From positions 22,520 through 86,519 of the forward strand of contig WHTM01000015.1 in NCBI GenBank assembly GCA_009377755.1: a DNA stretch of 64,000 nt, read 5' to 3'. This DNA comes from Hyphomicrobiales bacterium. GTDB taxonomy: Bacteria; Pseudomonadota; Alphaproteobacteria; Rhizobiales; Xanthobacteraceae. Below the pieces are notes generated by a model. It saw only the letters and a program-made list of their open reading frames with translations. It did no database searches and was not told the DNA's origin. How positions within the stretch are numbered: position 1 is the first letter of the stretch; each line of letters begins with the position of its first letter. Of this stretch, positions 58,366-64,000 are shown one piece after another. The position numbers were made by a program, and so were the translations under genes.

Positions 58366-58860
58366 TCACGACATGGCGTCGAGTTCATCGTCGTCGAGGT
58401 GGCCGGGCACGATGGCGACCGGGATCGGGAACGTTCCGGCGCTCTTGCCGAGATTCACCACCAGCGGTCCCGGACCTTCCTTGCCGGTTCCGGCGGCGAG
58501 CGCCAGCACCGCGATATCCTCATCCTCGTCGATCAGGGCAAGGATTTCCTGCACCATGTCGCCCTCGCGGATCACCCGCTCGGGCGTGAGCGCCGCGACG
58601 CCGTTGGCGCGCGCCGAGTACCGGTCGAGCAGCGCATTGGCCTGCTCGTGCGCCTCCGCCCGCATGATGTCGGCGACGCCCAGCCATTGCTGATTGCGAT
58701 CTTCGGTCTGGATCACCTTGAGCATCACCACGCCGCCGCCGATGCGCGAGGCGCGCCGGCTCGCGTAGTAGACGGCGCGGTCGCATTCCGGCGTATCGTC
58801 GACCACGACGAGGAATTTCGGCTTGTGTCCGGCTTCGTAACTGCGGCGCTTACGGGTCAT
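58366..58860 (-). CDS. universal stress protein family protein
   Basis: KFLVVVDDTPECDRAV. and a C-terminal G-rich nucleotide-binding-like region LAAGTGKEGPGPL; 164 aa. Confidence 0.7.
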   Translation of the reverse strand: MTRKRRSYEAGHKPKFLVVVDDTPECDRAVYYASRRASRIGGGVVMLKVIQTEDRNQQWLGVADIMRAEAHEQANALLDRYSARANGVAALTPERVIREGDMVQEILALIDEDEDIAVLALAAGTGKEGPGPLVVNLGKSAGTFPIPVAIVPGHLDDDELDAMS

Positions 58861-59020
58861 CGTCGCATCCAGGCAGCAGTCTGATCGTCCACAGCTCGAC
58901 TAAAGCGGCGGCGCAGCGCGACCGCGCCCGATCGCGCCGCGGACGGTGCATCGAACCGGCCAATGGTGCCACGAGCCGCCCCGCGCGAACAAGATGCGAC
59001 TTGCACCCCCTGACGTTGAA

Positions 59021-60055
59021 TCAAGACCGAACAAAGCCGACGATGTCGCGAACCGCGCTCATGGTCTGGGCCGCGAGTGCCCGTGCGCGCGCGGAACCTT
59101 CCCCTAGAATCGCATCGATCGCGACCGGATCCTGCACCAGACGCTTCATTTCCTCGCCGATCGGGCCAAGCTTGGCCACCGCGAGGTCGACGAGCGCTGC
59201 CTTGAAGGTGGAGAACTGGGCGCCGCCGAACTGCCTGAGCACATCGGTCTTGCCGATGCCGGCCAGGGCGGCAAAGATGCCGACCAGATTGTCGGCCTCG
59301 GGGCGCTGCGCAAGCCCCGCCTCCTCGCTCGGCAACGGTTCCGGATCGGTTTTCGCCTTGCGTATCTTCTGCGCGATAGTGTCGGCGTCGTCGGTGAGGT
59401 TGATGCGCGAGTAGTCGGAGGGGTCCGACTTCGACATCTTCTTGGTGCCGTCGCGCAGCGACATCACTCGCGTCGCCGGTCCTTGGATCAGCGGCTCCGG
59501 CAGCGGGAAGAACGCATCGCCGTAGCCGTGCGAATGGATCGAGCCGCCGAAGTCGTTGTTGAATTTCTGCGCGATGTCGCGCGACAGCTCCAGGTGCTGC
59601 TTCTGATCCTCGCCCACCGGCACATGCGTCGCACGATAGACGAGGATGTCCGCGGCCATCAGCGTCGGATAGGAGTAGAGCCCGACCGAGGCATTCTCCC
59701 GGTCCTTGCCGGCCTTCTCCTTGAACTGCGTCATGCGATTGAGCCAGCCGATCCGCGCCACGCAACTGAAGATCCAGGCGAGCTCGGCGTGCTCGGCGAC
59801 CTGGCTTTGATTGAAGATGATGTGCTTCCTCGGATCGATGCCGCAGGCGACGAATGCCGCCGTGACCTCACGGGTTGCACGCGGGAGCTCTGCGGGGTCC
59901 TGCCAGACCGTGATCGCATGCAGGTCGACGACGCAATAGACGCAGTCATAGTTGTCCTGCAGCGCCACGAATTTGGTGATCGCCCCGAGATAGTTGCCGA
60001 GATGCAGGCTGCCGGTCGGCTGCACTCCGGAGAACACGCGTTCCTGGAACGCCAT
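59021..60055 (-). CDS. trpS: tryptophan-tRNA ligase
   Basis: HIGH-type motif in [16 protein letters not shown] and KMSKS motif in TKKMSKSD. Start taken at ATG 60055. Confidence 0.92.
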   Translation of the reverse strand: MAFQERVFSGVQPTGSLHLGNYLGAITKFVALQDNYDCVYCVVDLHAITVWQDPAELPRATREVTAAFVACGIDPRKHIIFNQSQVAEHAELAWIFSCVARIGWLNRMTQFKEKAGKDRENASVGLYSYPTLMAADILVYRATHVPVGEDQKQHLELSRDIAQKFNNDFGGSIHSHGYGDAFFPLPEPLIQGPATRVMSLRDGTKKMSKSDPSDYSRINLTDDADTIAQKIRKAKTDPEPLPSEEAGLAQRPEADNLVGIFAALAGIGKTDVLRQFGGAQFSTFKAALVDLAVAKLGPIGEEMKRLVQDPVAIDAILGEGSARARALAAQTMSAVRDIVGFVRS

Positions 60056-60120
60056 GACGGATTCATCCCTGCTTGAAACGGCGCCTGATACGACGTTCGC
60101 AGCCTGCAAGGCAAGGCGCT

Positions 60121-61683
60121 TCACAGCCGGGCGCGGATCGCGGTCATGATCTCGCGCGGCTTGAGGACGTCCAGCGCAGCCAGAAGCGCCAGATAGGCAG
60201 CGAGCCCGATTGCCACCAGGATGGCAAGCGCGGCCGCCCGGCCAAGCGCGGAACCGGTGATGCCGAGCCGCGTCGCCAGCCATGCGTCGATGGCGGCAAC
60301 GATCAGACCCATGACGCCGGCGGCAGCGGCGAGACGCGGAAGCCGGCGCCTGACGCCACCGTCAAAAGCCAGCCAGCCTCGCGACGCCAGGACAATGCCG
60401 AGGGCACCGGCGCCGACCCATCCCGACATCGCGATGGCGGCGGCCACACCGACGTGGCTGTGGATCGGAAACAGCGCGACGGATCCCAGCACCGCAACCG
60501 CCAAGCCTCCGAGCGCCACAGCCATCGGCGTCCGGGTGTCTTCGTGCGCAAAGGAAATGGCACCGAAGACCCTTTCCAGCGCATGGCCCGGCAATCCGAC
60601 CGCGAGCGCCGCAAGCGCGGCCGCGACCGCCGCCGTGTCGCGCGGGCCGAAGGTTCCACGCTCGAACAACGCGCCGGCGATGGGATCAGCGAGTAGCGCA
60701 AGCGCGACGGCTGCCGGCAGTGCCAGCCCGACTGCAAGCTCGAGGGCGCGGGATTGCGCAGCGGCAATCGCCTCGCGCCGTCCGGCGCTGACGCTTGCGG
60801 CGACCAGTGGCACCACGACGGCCGCGACCGATACCGATACCAGCCCGAGCGGCAGCTCGTAGAGACGGTTGGCGTAGTAGAGCCACGACACCGAACTCGC
60901 CGACGACGAGGCGACCATCGCACCGGCGATCAGCTTCAGTTGCGGGACGCCGGCGGCGATCGCGCCAGGCAGCATACGTGCATAGAATCGGCGCATGCCG
61001 GCGGACCAGCGGATGCGCGGAACGAGCGGCGGTTCGCGCACACGCAGGAGCGCGGCACCGACCAGCACGGCCTGGCACAGGCCCGCGATGACGACGGCAG
61101 CGGACAGGATCGCCCCCGCGCGAGGCGATGCGACAAGACCGGACAGCAGGACCGCCCCGACCGCAACCAGCATCACGCCATTGAAGATGATGAGACCGAA
61201 CGCCGGCGCCGCCACGCGGCCCTCCGCGTTCAACCGCGACGCCGCGACCGCCACCACCCCGGCGATGACCACATAGGCGGTCGAGAGCCGCACATAGAGA
61301 ACGGCGTGCGTGAACCGCTCGCCGCCGACGCGGAACCCAGGCATCAGCGCCTGGACGACGGCCGGCGCGAACACGATGCAGAGCAGCGCGGTCGCGCCGA
61401 GCGCCATCACCATGGTGCCGAGCACGTCCTCGCCGAATCGACGGGCACCCGGTTCTCCGGATTCCCCGCGGGCGCGCTGCCACATCGGCACGAAGGCGGC
61501 GTTGAGCGCCCCCTCGGCAAGCAGGCGACGGAATAGGTTCGGGATCTGCAGCGCCGCGAAGAAGGCGTCGGAAAACACGCCCGCGCCCAGGACCGCAGCA
61601 ATCCCCACATCGCGGAAAAATCCGAGGAGCCGCGACAGCAGTGTCGCGGTGCCGACGGTCGCGACGTTGCGGGCAAGCGACAT
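60121..61683 (-). CDS. murJ: lipid II flippase MurJ (MviN)
   Basis: Begins [35 protein letters not shown]. Polytopic, about 520 aa from ATG 61683. Confidence 0.88.
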   Translation of the reverse strand: MSLARNVATVGTATLLSRLLGFFRDVGIAAVLGAGVFSDAFFAALQIPNLFRRLLAEGALNAAFVPMWQRARGESGEPGARRFGEDVLGTMVMALGATALLCIVFAPAVVQALMPGFRVGGERFTHAVLYVRLSTAYVVIAGVVAVAASRLNAEGRVAAPAFGLIIFNGVMLVAVGAVLLSGLVASPRAGAILSAAVVIAGLCQAVLVGAALLRVREPPLVPRIRWSAGMRRFYARMLPGAIAAGVPQLKLIAGAMVASSSASSVSWLYYANRLYELPLGLVSVSVAAVVVPLVAASVSAGRREAIAAAQSRALELAVGLALPAAVALALLADPIAGALFERGTFGPRDTAAVAAALAALAVGLPGHALERVFGAISFAHEDTRTPMAVALGGLAVAVLGSVALFPIHSHVGVAAAIAMSGWVGAGALGIVLASRGWLAFDGGVRRRLPRLAAAAGVMGLIVAAIDAWLATRLGITGSALGRAAALAILVAIGLAAYLALLAALDVLKPREIMTAIRARL

Positions 61684-61877
61684 GGCTGCGGCCTCTGATG
61701 GAAATCCGGGGGACGGCCCGTGTGCCGTCATCATGTCCGGTTTGCAAGCGTTGGGACAGATCGGCCCGCCGGGCGGGAGCCGCATGGGCAAGCGACCTAC
61801 AGCCGCGCGGCATCGGGTGGTTGCTCATGATCCCTCGCTCGTTATAGTGCCAGCCTTCACCCACAACGGACCTGCTT

Positions 61878-62879
61878 ATGACAACGCCTCGTTTTGACGT
61901 GCTCGGCATCGGCAATGCGATCGTCGATGTGATCGCCCGCGCCGAAGATGATTTTCTGGTCCGCCATGCCATGCATAAAGGAACGATGTCGCTGATCGAC
62001 GAGCCGCGCGCCGAGGCGATCTACGATGCCATGGGGCCGGCCACCGAGATCTCCGGCGGGTCGGCGGCCAATACCATCGTCGGCGTGGCTAGCCTCGGCG
62101 CGCGCGCCGCGTTTATCGGCAAAGTCAAGGACGACACGCTGGGACAGGCCTTCGCCCACGACATCCGCGCCGCCGGCGTGAGCTTCCAGACACCGCCGGC
62201 CTCGGACGGCCCCTCGACGGCACGCTGCTATGTGTTGGTGACGCCGGACGGCGAGCGCACGATGAACACCTACCTCGGCGCGGCGCAGGACCTGCACCCT
62301 AACGACATCGACGATGACCTGATCGCGGCTGCCAGCGTCACCTACTTGGAAGGGTATCTGTGGGACCCGCCGCACGCCAAGGAAGCGTTCCAGAAGGCCG
62401 CGAGGATCGCGCACGCGGCCGACCGCAGCGTCGCGCTGACCTTGTCGGACGCATTCTGCGTCGATCGTTATCGCGATGAGTTTCTCGGCTTGATTCGCAC
62501 CGGCACGGTCGATCTGATCTTCGCCAACGAAAAGGAGTTGCACAGCCTCTATCAGACCGCCGACTTCGATACGGCAATAAGGGCGCTGAAGGAGGACGCC
62601 AAGCTGGCCGTGGTGACGCGCAGCGAGAAGGGCTGCCTGGTGGTGACCCGCGAGGAGAGCATTGCGGTCGCCGCCGCGCCGGTCGAGCGGGTTACCGACG
62701 CCACCGGCGCGGGCGATCTGTTCGCCGCCGGATTCCTGGTCGGGCTCTCGCGCGGCGCCGATTTCCGGACGTCGGCGCGGCTCGGCGCGCTGGCAGCGGC
62801 GGAGGTCATTCAGCACCTCGGCGCAAGACCTGCGACATCGCTCAAAGACCTCGCCCTACAGAACGGGCTGGAGGTCTGA
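61878..62879 (+). CDS. adenosine kinase (PfkB family)
   Basis: Begins FDVLGIGNAIVDV and contains GGSAANT and the PfkB signature DATGAGDLFAAGFL. Confidence 0.8.
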   Translation: MTTPRFDVLGIGNAIVDVIARAEDDFLVRHAMHKGTMSLIDEPRAEAIYDAMGPATEISGGSAANTIVGVASLGARAAFIGKVKDDTLGQAFAHDIRAAGVSFQTPPASDGPSTARCYVLVTPDGERTMNTYLGAAQDLHPNDIDDDLIAAASVTYLEGYLWDPPHAKEAFQKAARIAHAADRSVALTLSDAFCVDRYRDEFLGLIRTGTVDLIFANEKELHSLYQTADFDTAIRALKEDAKLAVVTRSEKGCLVVTREESIAVAAAPVERVTDATGAGDLFAAGFLVGLSRGADFRTSARLGALAAAEVIQHLGARPATSLKDLALQNGLEV

Positions 62880-62912
62880 GCCGGCGGCCGGAGGAGGCGT
62901 TGCCGGCCGGAT

Positions 62913-62955
62913 GGTAACCCGTTGGTAACCGGTCAAGGTTACCGATTGGTGAACC
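62913..62955. promoter_or_regulatory. phased array of GGTNACC-type motifs upstream of a hypothetical gene
   Basis: GGTAACC at 62913 and 62924, GGTTACC at 62937 and GGTGAACC at 62948. Spacings are 11, 13 and 11 nt. The array ends 22 nt before ATG 62977. Confidence 0.35.
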
Positions 62956-62976
62956 ACCAACCGGAGGTCAGCGACC

Positions 62977-63870
62977 ATGGCCGACGCAACGGAAATCCGA
63001 AGCGACAGCGTTCCCCCATCGGCAGACGCAACTGCCCCGGCAGAAGCTCCCGCCACGGCAGAAGCTCCCGCCACGGCAGAAGCTGCTGCCGAGCCGACAA
63101 CCGCAACCGAAGCCGCCGCCGCTCCACCACCCGCCGCTGCGGCATGGATGGGCAAGCTCCGCGCCGGCCTCGCCTCGGCGATTCCTGCAAAGCGATCCGC
63201 ACTGCTTGGGGCCGGGATAGGCTTCGCCACGGGGACCGGGCTGCTGATCGGGACCATCGGCTTCATGGGCGCGGGGCATCTGTTCGCCGCATCGACTCCC
63301 GCCCCCGCACCGTGGTCGGCGGTGGAAGCGGGCGCCCTGAAGCAATCGGTCACCAAGCTTGAAGCGCAGATCATGGGATTGAAAGCCAGCGTCGAGGCTT
63401 CGAAACGGCTCGCCAGCACACAGCGTGCCCAAATCACCGATCGTTACGAGCGGGGCGCACGGACGCAGGTCGAGATGCAGACGCGGCTCGCCAAGATCGG
63501 CGATGCGGTCGAGCGGCTCGAAAAGCGCCTTGCCGCTGCGGTAACTGCGGACACCACGGGTACGGTCGCGCCGCGTTACGCGGCCGCCGCCGCAGCCGGA
63601 GCCGCGACCGCGGGGACGGAGCCGCCGGCGGCCGAGGCGAAGACCCCGCCAATGCCGGCCGTCGCCGCAGGCTGGGTCATTCGTGACGTGTTCCGCGGGC
63701 GCGCCCTGGTCGCCAACCGGCGTGGCGTCTTCGAGGCCGCGCCAGGCTTGCGTCTGCCCGATCTCGGGCGCGTGGAAGCGGTGACGCGGCAGAACGGCCG
63801 CTGGGTGGTGGTCACCGAAAGGGGCATCATCACCGCGATGCGGCGCCCAAGCTCCGCCTACGGGGACTAA
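62977..63870 (+). CDS. hypothetical membrane-anchored coiled-coil protein with Ala/Pro/Glu-rich repeat N-terminus
   Basis: Low-complexity N-terminus (APAEAPATAEAPATAEAAAEPTTATEAAAAPPPAAAA), a TM helix (LLGAGIGFATGTGLLIGTIGFMGAG), a coiled-coil stretch and a C-terminal domain GWVIRDVFRGRALVANRRGVFEA..GRWVVVTERGIIT. No family was recognised. Confidence 0.6.
   Translation: MADATEIRSDSVPPSADATAPAEAPATAEAPATAEAAAEPTTATEAAAAPPPAAAAWMGKLRAGLASAIPAKRSALLGAGIGFATGTGLLIGTIGFMGAGHLFAASTPAPAPWSAVEAGALKQSVTKLEAQIMGLKASVEASKRLASTQRAQITDRYERGARTQVEMQTRLAKIGDAVERLEKRLAAAVTADTTGTVAPRYAAAAAAGAATAGTEPPAAEAKTPPMPAVAAGWVIRDVFRGRALVANRRGVFEAAPGLRLPDLGRVEAVTRQNGRWVVVTERGIITAMRRPSSAYGD
63040..63093 (+). repeat. 18-bp in-frame tandem repeat (about 3 copies) inside the hypothetical gene
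   Basis: GCAGAAGCTCCCGCCACG occurs twice, then GCAGAAGCTGCTGCCGAG. This encodes the (A)EAPAT repeats. Confidence 0.8.
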
Positions 63871-64000
63871 GCGGACCGCGCTTTCCCGCGCCGCTATCGC
63901 CACTTGCGTCGTCGCCCCCGCAAGCGGGAACGACAGCCGAGAGCCGTCACCGATTCGTCAGTGGCCCGCCGTCATATTCCATGCCAGAATCCCGCGCGTC

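Noticed and set aside
60686-61972. 428-aa minus-strand ORF overlapping murJ in another frame
   Set aside because: Off-frame, Arg-rich translation. The murJ frame gives a coherent polytopic membrane protein.
62913-62930. Canonical CtrA box (TTAA-N7-TTAAC)
   Set aside because: The sequence is GTAA-N7-GTAAC, so both half-sites deviate at the first T. It is reported only as a CtrA-like phased motif, not as a CtrA site.

Overview
High-GC alphaproteobacterial chromosome segment. Gene content, synteny and the intergenic repeat families look like Nitrobacteraceae/Bradyrhizobiaceae (Bradyrhizobium, Rhodopseudomonas or Afipia type). Product calls come from motif recognition and synteny only; no database search was possible. 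The window is mostly core housekeeping: addB (5' end), murU, tsaE/amgK fusion, a DivL-type kinase, dut, coaBC, a GMC oxidoreductase, ubiB, ubiE, mutM, enoyl-CoA hydratase, and irr divergent from fabA-fabB-fabI. It continues with an ArsR/SRPBCC/AhpD-like operon, katA divergent from oxyR, and the classic rimP-nusA-ylxR-infB-rbfA-truB-rpsO-pnp block. The rest is trmB, metK, lnt-corC-ybeY-phoH-miaB, a PlsC-like acyltransferase, fur, a split TPP decarboxylase divergent from a TRAP transporter, rimI-tsaB, a NifU-like gene, usp, trpS, murJ and adenosine kinase. I saw no rRNA, tRNA, CRISPR array, transposase, integrase or recognisable defence system, and no convincing novel multi-gene system. The most notable observations are these. 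(1) infB is split into two frames exactly at an in-phase G_GGA_AAC slippery heptamer, which could be a sequencing indel, -1 recoding or a split gene. (2) A FitA/VapB-type ribbon-helix-helix module is fused in frame to the N-terminus of CoaBC, with a 17-bp perfect palindrome just upstream. (3) An orphan ComDE-like split TPP decarboxylase sits divergent from a TRAP transporter. (4) A cupin/JmjC-like plus CelD-like GNAT cassette is wedged between oxyR and pnp. (5) Several families of nested palindromic intergenic repeats occur, some inside conserved operons or gene ends. Many long ORFs in the six-frame track are antisense or off-frame shadows typical of high-GC DNA. The track also uses GTG/TTG starts, so several 5' ends were trimmed to more plausible starts.
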